A stretch of 25,527 bases of DNA, from IMG/VR virus record IMGVR_UViG_3300010357_000632, one strand, 5' to 3'. Below the pieces are notes generated by a model. It did no database searches, was not told where the DNA came from, and saw nothing but the letters and a program-made list of their open reading frames with translations. Position 1 is the first letter of the stretch; each line of letters starts with the position of its first letter. The position numbers and the translations under genes are program-made. Below are positions 15,281 to 22,567 of this stretch, piece after piece. This DNA is from a virus.

Positions 15281-15931
15281 TCAGATCACCCCCATCTGAG
15301 CGCGCACAGTACCTGCCCTCTCCTCGGCCAACACGGACTTAGCCAGAGCGCCATTCTCGCGAGTGGCTGCGGCTACCGCCAGAGCATGGCGAACCTTGGG
15401 ATCTGTGGGGCCGCTACCGGACTTCTGGATTAGGCTCTCGTGCTTGGTTACCAGGGCTTCGAACTCGGCCATAGAGGTCCCAGGTGCGGGCCTGTCGCTA
15501 CCCATCGGATGATAGAGCAGCTTACCGGCCTCGGCCTTCATTACGCTGGCCTGCTTGAGGGTCTTCAAGATAGTCTTCCGGGCCTCGGTCGGCAGAGCTT
15601 CCAGGCTCTTCAGGATCTCAGCACCCTCTTCAGGAGTCCCCAGGCCGGAGAAATCGGACTTGGCTATCTGCTCATACTCCTTCTTGCGGAGGATAGAGCG
15701 CAGCTCCTCGTTCTCCTTGCGGATCGGTTCGACTGCTTTCTGGACGATATCCAGCAGCTCAGCCTTGCTGACCAGAGCCCTAGCTCCGGCCTTGTCAGCC
15801 CTAGCGGGCTTGGTCTTTCTCATCGGTACACTTCCATTAGCTGATTTATATAATAAGAAACGCTTCCCATTAGCCGCTTTACCGACTAGGGAAACCTCAT
15901 CCAGTTCTAAATCCGTAAGTTCGTTTGGCAA
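15281..15931 (-). CDS. Capsid scaffolding protein
   Basis: TTG start with GAGGTGA RBS; N-terminal L.DLE.DEVSLV.K.AN...FLL.K motif; helical; lies between the protease and capsid genes. Confidence 0.65.
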   Translation of the reverse strand: MPNELTDLELDEVSLVGKAANGKRFLLYKSANGSVPMRKTKPARADKAGARALVSKAELLDIVQKAVEPIRKENEELRSILRKKEYEQIAKSDFSGLGTPEEGAEILKSLEALPTEARKTILKTLKQASVMKAEAGKLLYHPMGSDRPAPGTSMAEFEALVTKHESLIQKSGSGPTDPKVRHALAVAAATRENGALAKSVLAEERAGTVRAQMGVI

Positions 15932-15963
15932 TTAGAATCACCTCGGGTCATCAAGAAAAGATT

Positions 15964-16929
15964 TCAGAAGGGGGTGCGTGTGCCGGTCCCTGCGATGGAG
16001 AAGCCGGTTATCTCGCCTTTCTTCACGGCCTGCCAGAGAGAGGGGTCGTGGATCTTTACCGCCATTACCCAGCTTCCTTTTCTGACCTTTTGGCCGTTGC
16101 ACTTGAAGTTGGTTGGGGCGATATAGCTCTCGATGATACTGGCTTTGGCGGGCCCGGAGTGCTCCTTGCCGATCCTCTGGCTGGTCTGCATGAACTTGTG
16201 ACATGCCTTCCTGATCTCGGACTCGCTCAGTCGGTCGCCCTGAAGATCGATTACCCCAGGTTCACTAACGACTCCATAGCAGATCTGCTGGTCTGCGGCC
16301 TTGGAGACAATGATAGGCACCCGGTAGGACTTCATGACCTTGCTTACTTCGTCCTCGTCTTCCTCATCCTCATCATCTTCCTTCAGGAACTCGGGGAGGT
16401 CTTCATCCTCTTCATCTTCGTCCTCTTCAGGCTCTTCGTCCTCGGCCTTCTCTGCCTCATGCTCTGCCAGGACTTCGCGGATGTCGTCTATGAGGTCACT
16501 GGTAGCCTCCTCTTCGGGCTCAGTTTCATCACCGAAAAGATCCTCTTCAGATATGCCGTCGTCTGGGTCAGCATCGGCCTCGATCTGCTCTTCTTCGCCT
16601 TCATCGGGGTCTGGTGTGTCCTCGGGCTCAGGCTCGTCTGATCCGCCCTCGTCCTGCATCTCAAGCCACTGCTCAAGTGCTGCCTTGTGCTTGGATTCGT
16701 CTTGTTTGATGGCTTCCGCCATTTCTTTGAGCTGTGGGTCAGTGGCCATCTCGATCAGCTGGTCGATTTCATCTATGCCTTCGCCTTCACCGGCCAGTAT
16801 GGCGCGAACGCGATCTAAATCGGAGCCTTTCTCCAGCTCCTCGTCTTCTATATATTCTTCTTCATCCATAGAATTACCTTCTAATCGGGGAACGTGGATG
16901 TCTCCGAAATCGATACCTTTGTTAATCAT
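15964..16929 (-). CDS. XkdF-like putative prohead serine protease with extended N-terminus (capsid-arm copy, ferritin-like hairpin, acidic linker)
   Basis: C-terminal QQICYGVVSEPGVIDLQGD...EIRKACHKFM...IGKEH...IIESYIAP...KGSWVMAVKI.D..LW..VKKGEITGFSIAG is the XkdF signature. A second possible start lies at 16869 (GAAGGT upstream). Confidence 0.85.
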   Translation of the reverse strand: MINKGIDFGDIHVPRLEGNSMDEEEYIEDEELEKGSDLDRVRAILAGEGEGIDEIDQLIEMATDPQLKEMAEAIKQDESKHKAALEQWLEMQDEGGSDEPEPEDTPDPDEGEEEQIEADADPDDGISEEDLFGDETEPEEEATSDLIDDIREVLAEHEAEKAEDEEPEEDEDEEDEDLPEFLKEDDEDEEDEDEVSKVMKSYRVPIIVSKAADQQICYGVVSEPGVIDLQGDRLSESEIRKACHKFMQTSQRIGKEHSGPAKASIIESYIAPTNFKCNGQKVRKGSWVMAVKIHDPSLWQAVKKGEITGFSIAGTGTRTPF

Positions 16930-16943
16930 GAGAACACCGATAG

Positions 16944-16974
16944 ATATATATACTAATACGTACTAGTATGTATT
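16944..16974 (+). promoter_or_regulatory. TATA box followed by a palindromic operator
   Basis: ATATATATA at 16944-16952; AATACGTACTAGTATGTATT at 16955-16974 is an 18/20 palindrome; GGTGA RBS precedes the ATG at 16986. Confidence 0.7.
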
Positions 16975-16985
16975 GGTGAAGTGAA

Positions 16986-17480
16986 ATGAACACGAACGAC
17001 CTAATATCTCAAGTCACGGAATGTAGAAGCGAACGATGGCAGAACAGTGATATCAGCAGAGGCGGGGAGAGGCTGCTGGAGATCCTGGCTGCCCATATGC
17101 AGGAATGTGAAGAATGCAGAGACGCATTCGACGCGGAAGAGTATGAAGAAGATACACTCATAGACCTCTGGCATCGCTACATGTGCCAGACAGAGGATAT
17201 CTCCGAATGGATTTGCGAGGAAGGGCTTCAGGCCCTCTTCGACCATCCTTTAGACGTTTTCGTGATTGTCCCCGCCCAGGAGGGGGTTGTGGGATATCCC
17301 AGATTCGTGATCGAACTCTCCGAGCCTGCCCTGGAGTATGAGGTCGAAAAAAGATGGCCCGGCGCTGAAATGGGCGATTTCGAACTCTGCGAAGAACCGG
17401 AGGCATCGGAGGATGAGTATGTAATGATGGTCACTGTTGGTGGTGAGACCGTGGCCCGCGTCTACACCCAGGAGGCTTGA
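16986..17480 (+). CDS. Highly acidic protein with C-x23-H-x3-C-x2-C motif; function unknown
   Basis: Only substantial plus-strand ORF with no competing minus-strand gene; own promoter and RBS; about 41 D/E versus about 10 K/R in 164 aa. Confidence 0.85.
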   Translation: MNTNDLISQVTECRSERWQNSDISRGGERLLEILAAHMQECEECRDAFDAEEYEEDTLIDLWHRYMCQTEDISEWICEEGLQALFDHPLDVFVIVPAQEGVVGYPRFVIELSEPALEYEVEKRWPGAEMGDFELCEEPEASEDEYVMMVTVGGETVARVYTQEA

Positions 17481-17481
17481 A

Positions 17482-17616
17482 ATGGTTTTCGTGAAGAAAA
17501 CCATTACCATCCGGCAAGACCAGGATGTGTGGATCAAAGAGCATCCCAAGATCAATCTCTCTGGCCAGATCCAACACTGGCTAGATAACCTCATAGACGC
17601 ATATGAGCAACACTAA
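17482..17616 (+). CDS. Ribbon-helix-helix DNA-binding protein (44 aa, below the ORF-track cutoff)
   Basis: Translated by hand: MVFVKKTITIRQDQDVWIKEHPKINLSGQIQHWLDNLIDAYEQH. GGAGG RBS at 17471; alternating beta-strand KKTITI, then a helix, then NLS..I...L. Confidence 0.75.
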   Translation: MVFVKKTITIRQDQDVWIKEHPKINLSGQIQHWLDNLIDAYEQH

Positions 17617-18818
17617 TATGTGTGGAACCTCTTCTTTGATTTGGTTCCATCCGGATGGGCATACTCTACCACGATATCGGTACTGCACTCCCCATGTTCG
17701 CTGTCGCACGGGGAAGACCATCGCCGAATCTCCGTTTTTTCGCCCGTGGACCGCGCTTGGTCGAATGCTTTGGCCTCTTGTGCTGCCCTTTTATCAGCAT
17801 GTGCCTTGTCGCGGGCCGCTTGCTCCCCCTCAGCCGCATCGATGATCTCCTTGAGCTTCTCGTGCGGTATTTCGTACCACCTATAACCACCCGCGTCCGG
17901 GGCACGTTTGCTGCTGTTCAACATGGCCTGCCATATCTGTGTGTGATATCTCTCGATCTTGGCTTTCATGTCCTGCAGATCGGGCCGGAACTCGGTTCCA
18001 ACTTCCTTAGGATGATAGACCGGCATGCCATCGTCGGTCCAGCGCCACGTCTTGACCTGGACTTTGGCAGCATCGTCTTTTAGCCCCTGAATGTTTCTCT
18101 TGTCCTCTTCTTTGATGTGGGTGATGGCTTCGGGTGGTAAGGTTAAGAAAACGTCTTGCTTTCCCTTTCCAAGAAGTTTTCCTATATTGCTATATCTCGA
18201 AAAGTTGACGCCGGACTTGCCTTGTTTCACTCCGACATCTGACGCGCTAAACTTAGCATCTACCGAAATTGGCCTGGTGATCTTTATTGCGAACGTTGAC
18301 CGGCTCACGCCATTGTGGTGAGACGTTCCGTCGAGTGTGATCTCTACGTCCTTATTGGCGTCGGAGAACTTCTTGGTTTCGGGTGTCTGTGTTTGTTCAG
18401 GTTTCCCCTCCCCCTCCGGCTTCTTTGTGGGCTCCGGCTGCTTCTCAGGTTCTGGCTTCTTCTCGGGCTCTTTTGGCTTGCTCGTGTTCAGCCATCCGAT
18501 CTTGTCCAATGCGCTGCCACCACTCAAGAGTGTCTGGATAGCACCGGACACTCGTCCCTGGCTGGCTGCTTCCGCACGCCTTTCCAGCTTCCTCTTCGTC
18601 TTGGATGGCTTCTTGGAGCCGCCTCCTGAGCCCGACGTGAACTTGCCATCGTCTGCACGGGGGTGCTTGGATTCCTCCCAATCGCCCGCTTTCTTGAGTC
18701 GGTGATTGGTGCCGCCGAGAAATATAGAGCCGTCCGGGGCTACGTGGTGCCGCCTAGCCTCTTCGAACCAATCAAGATTCCGGAGGATAGACTTGAGGAT
18801 GGGTATGCGCATGATCAT
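17613..18818 (-). CDS. Putative head-associated cargo protein with WEESKHPR..GKF motif
   Basis: GAGGT RBS; MIMRIPILKS leader; DWEESKHPRADDGKFTSGSGGG; P/E/K-rich linker; C-terminal domain of unknown function. Confidence 0.8.
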   Translation of the reverse strand: MIMRIPILKSILRNLDWFEEARRHHVAPDGSIFLGGTNHRLKKAGDWEESKHPRADDGKFTSGSGGGSKKPSKTKRKLERRAEAASQGRVSGAIQTLLSGGSALDKIGWLNTSKPKEPEKKPEPEKQPEPTKKPEGEGKPEQTQTPETKKFSDANKDVEITLDGTSHHNGVSRSTFAIKITRPISVDAKFSASDVGVKQGKSGVNFSRYSNIGKLLGKGKQDVFLTLPPEAITHIKEEDKRNIQGLKDDAAKVQVKTWRWTDDGMPVYHPKEVGTEFRPDLQDMKAKIERYHTQIWQAMLNSSKRAPDAGGYRWYEIPHEKLKEIIDAAEGEQAARDKAHADKRAAQEAKAFDQARSTGEKTEIRRWSSPCDSEHGECSTDIVVEYAHPDGTKSKKRFHTY

Positions 18819-18827
18819 AATATAACC

Positions 18828-18953
18828 TCAGCAATATTTTTCGGCTTCAGAACCAAGCTCTCGCAGGGCCTGCCAATCGTCCAGCAATGCCCGACAGCGA
18901 GCTACCATGGCCCGGTGGGCTTCTCGGGCTTCGAAATCTTCTTCAGGAAACAT
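18828..18953 (-). CDS. Small hypothetical protein (41 aa)
   Basis: ATG 1 nt after the upstream TGA: MFPEEDFEAREAHRAMVARCRALLDDWQALRELGSEAEKYC; fills the gap exactly. Confidence 0.5.
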   Translation of the reverse strand: MFPEEDFEAREAHRAMVARCRALLDDWQALRELGSEAEKYC

Positions 18954-18954
18954 T

Positions 18955-19920
18955 TCAGGTCGATCCAGGATAATCAATTGGCAATAAGTGGTGAATGCAA
19001 TTCGGATGCAGGAGGCCCTGTGAAATGGCAGTATCAAGAGCAGGATACTCTTTCGACTTTCCCGAGATAGATACAATCTTCCCGGCCCACTCGCGGCATA
19101 CGTCGCAGGTGTTCGGCCTGATCTCACGAGAAATCAAGACCAGATCCTCTTTCTGCTCGACTGCCCGGTTGATTGATCCTTCGTTAAATGAGTTCCTAGC
19201 AGCTGTGATCGCCACCATCTGAATGTAATCTGCGATCCCCAGCTCTTTTCCGTCTATCGTCTTGTGACCTATGATCCTGCCTTTCAGGCCTGTATAGTCA
19301 GCCTTCTTGTTAGCCAGCGCTGCCTGTGCCCGTCTCTTCTCCGATTCGGCTATGACCTCTTCTATGTGTCTGGAGAGCTGAGCATCCACTTCCCGGAAGC
19401 GGTTCATCTCCTGAGTGGCCATGGCCTGAGCAGCTTTAGCATGCGGCCCCTGTAGTGACCCAGCACGAGATCCCGCCAGGTACAGACCTGGGATGGAAGT
19501 TCCCAGCCAGGAGGCGGCATTCACCAACAGCTCTCGCCTGATCCGGTCTGTGAGGGCCCTCAGCCTGTCCGGGTTATCGAGGTTCTGGTCGATGGCCGCC
19601 TTGATCGCCTTCTCGCCTCGCTTGTAGAGCAGAGCGATGATAGCAGCGGTCTCTTTGATCCTCTTCCGGGGGTCCTTCTCTTTCTCGGAGGCTCGGACAG
19701 CCTTCTCGATCTCTGACAGAGGGAGCTGGGATAGAAGGAAGGTCTCTGGTCTGCCGGCAGCACGCCAGAGCTTGCGCTTCAAGTCTGGCAGGTCATAGCC
19801 CAGAGCTCGAGCTCTGCGCCAGAACGATGGGGTGAGCAGGTCGTATCTGGCTTGATCGGTGAGGTCCCCATCCGACAAGTAGCCGGTTGCTCGGATCAGA
19901 GAGAGAAGTTCGGAGTTCAT
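18955..19920 (-). CDS. Phage minor capsid / head morphogenesis protein (MuF / minor capsid 2-like)
   Basis: C-terminal TCDVCREWAGKIVSISG...YP.L...GLLHPNCIH motif; position after the portal. Confidence 0.85.
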   Translation of the reverse strand: MNSELLSLIRATGYLSDGDLTDQARYDLLTPSFWRRARALGYDLPDLKRKLWRAAGRPETFLLSQLPLSEIEKAVRASEKEKDPRKRIKETAAIIALLYKRGEKAIKAAIDQNLDNPDRLRALTDRIRRELLVNAASWLGTSIPGLYLAGSRAGSLQGPHAKAAQAMATQEMNRFREVDAQLSRHIEEVIAESEKRRAQAALANKKADYTGLKGRIIGHKTIDGKELGIADYIQMVAITAARNSFNEGSINRAVEQKEDLVLISREIRPNTCDVCREWAGKIVSISGKSKEYPALDTAISQGLLHPNCIHHLLPIDYPGST

Positions 19921-20105
19921 ATGATTTCGGTTACCTTCGCCACGACACGAGCGCTTAGATCAGGGCGGCTCATGTCATCACATCGCATCACGAGATGGTC
20001 TGCTAGGGAGAGGACGTACTCTTTGCTCGACCACCTCACCGGGCAGTCTATAAGCTCGATCAGTGCATCTACGCGCCTATCGAGATCGAGGGTGTAGCTG
20101 GGCAT
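19917..20105 (-). CDS. Hypothetical protein (62 aa)
   Basis: GAGG upstream; 4-bp overlap with the next gene. Confidence 0.55.
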   Translation of the reverse strand: MPSYTLDLDRRVDALIELIDCPVRWSSKEYVLSLADHLVMRCDDMSRPDLSARVVAKVTEII

Positions 20106-20114
20106 TTAGGCCTC

Positions 20115-20477
20115 TCAGTTGTAGCCGTCCACTGCGGCGGATGATGCTATATATGGGCCGGTGGCGCAATCGCAATCATCTTCGTCTTCGCTACAAGTGC
20201 ATCCAGATGGGGCAACTGCCATCCCTGCCATAGACCGGGCCAGACCGTCAAAGTACTCTTTCTGGGCCTGTTCGAAGGCGTTCTTGTAGCCCGACGCCCA
20301 GGTAATTTGCATAACTCGGTTCATGGGAATGGTGATGCAGGAATCCTCGCCCGTAACGCATTCTACGACGCCAGGACCCTGGCGGATCTCGCCACAGAGT
20401 ACGGTCGGGACGATGCCTCTGATGTGGAACTTAAGTCTCTCCCAAACCGTCTCGGGATAAGTCAGAACGTAAATCAT
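20115..20477 (-). CDS. Hypothetical protein (120 aa)
   Basis: GGAGG RBS; 4-bp overlap with the upstream gene; acidic Cys-containing tail. Confidence 0.65.
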   Translation of the reverse strand: MIYVLTYPETVWERLKFHIRGIVPTVLCGEIRQGPGVVECVTGEDSCITIPMNRVMQITWASGYKNAFEQAQKEYFDGLARSMAGMAVAPSGCTCSEDEDDCDCATGPYIASSAAVDGYN

Positions 20478-20731
20478 GTTTCCCTCCGATTATTCAGAAA
20501 TCCTCTGAAGTTGTAGTATTCGTATCCCACCAGGAACAATAGAGCCTGGGGGACGTCGCCTGTCTGGTAAAAACCAATACCGATCATTCCGTTGCTGATC
20601 ATCCAGACAGCGAACCCTATCTTCCGGGTGCGTCTGGTCGCGCTGGACACCAGCCGGGCACCCAGGAGCGATAGAACGACGATCAGCCAGGGGTAGAGAC
20701 TATCGACCGGATGGAGCAAATTCTGCACCAC
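20474..20731 (-). CDS. Small membrane protein, short PnuC-like pattern
   Basis: Three hydrophobic segments with W..V.LSLLGA.L...K.GF..W.ISN...G...QA.LF; overlaps the portal end by 32 bp. Confidence 0.55.
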   Translation of the reverse strand: MVQNLLHPVDSLYPWLIVVLSLLGARLVSSATRRTRKIGFAVWMISNGMIGIGFYQTGDVPQALLFLVGYEYYNFRGFLNNRRET

Positions 20732-22208
20732 CCAATATCGCGTCTATTGCGCTCTGGCCATCGAGCAGGCTCTCTATCGGGCTGTCGCCGTGCTCCTGCA
20801 GAGCGTCGTTCGTCTCCTGCTCCACATAGTTTGGCAAGCCCAGGTTGTCGATGATGGTGTCCCGTATTCCCTTCTGCTGTGATAGATCCCAACCAGCTTT
20901 CTCGAAGAGACTCAGGATAGCCACCACATCCTGGGTGGCTATGGGGACAATAGGATCATAGACGATCCTGGGCATGGGTGTACCCTTCTCGAACTCGAAA
21001 TGTGGGTTGAGGGCGAATAGCCGTCTGACTGCTTGGTTGTTGATCGACTCCTGGAAGCTCTGCAAGTTGGCTTCGACTGCTAGCGTGAAGTTGTCCGTCT
21101 TATCCCTGCTGAGAGCAAGACTGCCAGTTCCTCCCATCCCGAGCGCCAGGAACTCTGTGAACGTGCTCATGAGCACCGCTTTTGCCTCAGCCTCGATCGA
21201 GCTGGTTATGTGGTTGACGATATCGCCGTTTGTGGACGGCTGTAGAAACCCTATCTTGATGGTGGGGTTCCCGTTCTGATCCCAGACCTGGGGGGTAATC
21301 AGCCAGTGCTGCTCCTGCATGGATATGCTCTCAAGGCTTTCCTTGATGCTGATGTAAGATCCGTATGCTTCTTGTGCTACTGGATCGTCAGGATTGGCCG
21401 CAAGCAACGCCGGAGCACTGGCTATGTTGGCCGGAACCTCAGCCCACGGTATTCCCGCACCTCCTCTCTCTATAATTATATTTCTATAATCTTCAAGATA
21501 CTTCTTAGTCCTCCAAGATCGCCAGGCAGATCGCAGGACTGACCGGCCTTCTGGTGAGTCCTTGCCGGGGTCTGATCTGAGGAGGAGGATCTTCTGGATA
21601 GGGATAAATGTGGTTTTGTAGTCTGGTGCTGCCAGCTGGGTAAATCCCAATAGACGGGTTACGTCCTGGGGGTCGTAGTCCCAATGAAAAACGCTGTCAG
21701 GAGCACGGTAAGCCAGGTTGGACCATCCTATGAGGCCGTCATCGTACTGCGAGGACATCCGTTCATCTTCGTGATCTCCGGCTCGTTCCTTGTAGACGAT
21801 CTCCAGGGGGAGGAATCCGTACTGTGGCACCGCACGGGCTGCGGTGGCGATGATAGTCTGCCAGCTGTGGGCCATGTCAGCCATGCATTCCTGCAGGAAC
21901 TCCGCAGAGCCATTATCCTTGTTGGCGTCGTCTACCGCATCCACCTTCCAGTGGGCGCGGCGGATGAAGACTGCGAAGGCGCTGAGGGCGGCACCCACGA
22001 AGGCGTCATTATCACCCATCTCGGTGTAGGTGCGAAATAGAGCCTGACCCTGCAGCTGCGGGAGGAAGTCGCGTTTGATCCACCCCGGCATGAAGTACTG
22101 CAATCCTGAGCGCCCGTACTGCTGGCCAGCGAGCGCCCTTGGGCTCTGGATAAATTTCGGGTAGATGCCGCCGTTGGGGGCTGCTGGGGGCTGGGGGGAT
22201 TGTGGCAT
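20700..22208 (-). CDS. Portal protein (DUF935-like)
   Basis: 502 aa after terL; YGRSGL, Y.EM..ND..VGA, YGF...EIVYK, PEGRSVLRSAWRSW..K and ALG...TGS.ALS motifs. Confidence 0.9.
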   Translation of the reverse strand: MPQSPQPPAAPNGGIYPKFIQSPRALAGQQYGRSGLQYFMPGWIKRDFLPQLQGQALFRTYTEMGDNDAFVGAALSAFAVFIRRAHWKVDAVDDANKDNGSAEFLQECMADMAHSWQTIIATAARAVPQYGFLPLEIVYKERAGDHEDERMSSQYDDGLIGWSNLAYRAPDSVFHWDYDPQDVTRLLGFTQLAAPDYKTTFIPIQKILLLRSDPGKDSPEGRSVLRSAWRSWRTKKYLEDYRNIIIERGGAGIPWAEVPANIASAPALLAANPDDPVAQEAYGSYISIKESLESISMQEQHWLITPQVWDQNGNPTIKIGFLQPSTNGDIVNHITSSIEAEAKAVLMSTFTEFLALGMGGTGSLALSRDKTDNFTLAVEANLQSFQESINNQAVRRLFALNPHFEFEKGTPMPRIVYDPIVPIATQDVVAILSLFEKAGWDLSQQKGIRDTIIDNLGLPNYVEQETNDALQEHGDSPIESLLDGQSAIDAILGGAEFAPSGR

Positions 22209-22288
22209 GAGAGACTTCCTACTTGATGGGTACTTGATGCGGTTCTACAAAATCGATAACATGAGACTATGATGGAGATTTGGCTGCT

Positions 22289-22561
22289 CTATTTTTTCTT
22301 ATCGGCCTTGTGCCGGTTGGTGCTCCGGCTGACTGCCCGAAGGTTGCGTTTGCTGTTGCTGCCGCCATTGCTGAGTGGGTTCTTGTGATCGGCTTCCCTC
22401 GGATCGCCCTTTGGGATGCCCAGCTTTCTCCTGGCTGCGTTCCTCTGTGCCCGTCGCTTGATCTGCTCGGGCTTCCCGTGGTAGCTGCGATATTCTTCCT
22501 TGTAATCCCGGGCCTTCTCTTTCTCCAGGACAGCCTTCAGGATCGGGATTCGCATGATCAT
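22289..22561 (-). CDS. Stand-alone HNH endonuclease
   Basis: EADHKNPLSNGGSNSKRNLRAVSRSTNR core (H-N-N variant); basic; MIMRIPILKA leader. Confidence 0.85.
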   Translation of the reverse strand: MIMRIPILKAVLEKEKARDYKEEYRSYHGKPEQIKRRAQRNAARRKLGIPKGDPREADHKNPLSNGGSNSKRNLRAVSRSTNRHKADKKK

Positions 22562-22567
22562 AGTGGT

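Noticed and set aside
503-15935. Numerous other plus-strand ORFs (e.g. 503..1168, 4961..5473, 14009..14785, 15440..15844)
   Set aside because: They fully overlap well-supported minus-strand genes and have no RBS or recognisable motifs; typical of GC-rich antisense frames.
16334-16966. 210-aa Ser-rich plus-strand ORF
   Set aside because: Antisense shadow of the GAA/GAG/GAT-rich acidic linker of the protease gene.
18828-19127. 99-aa ORF as given in the track
   Set aside because: The 5' part overlaps the minor capsid gene; only the 41-aa portion from ATG 18953 is plausible.
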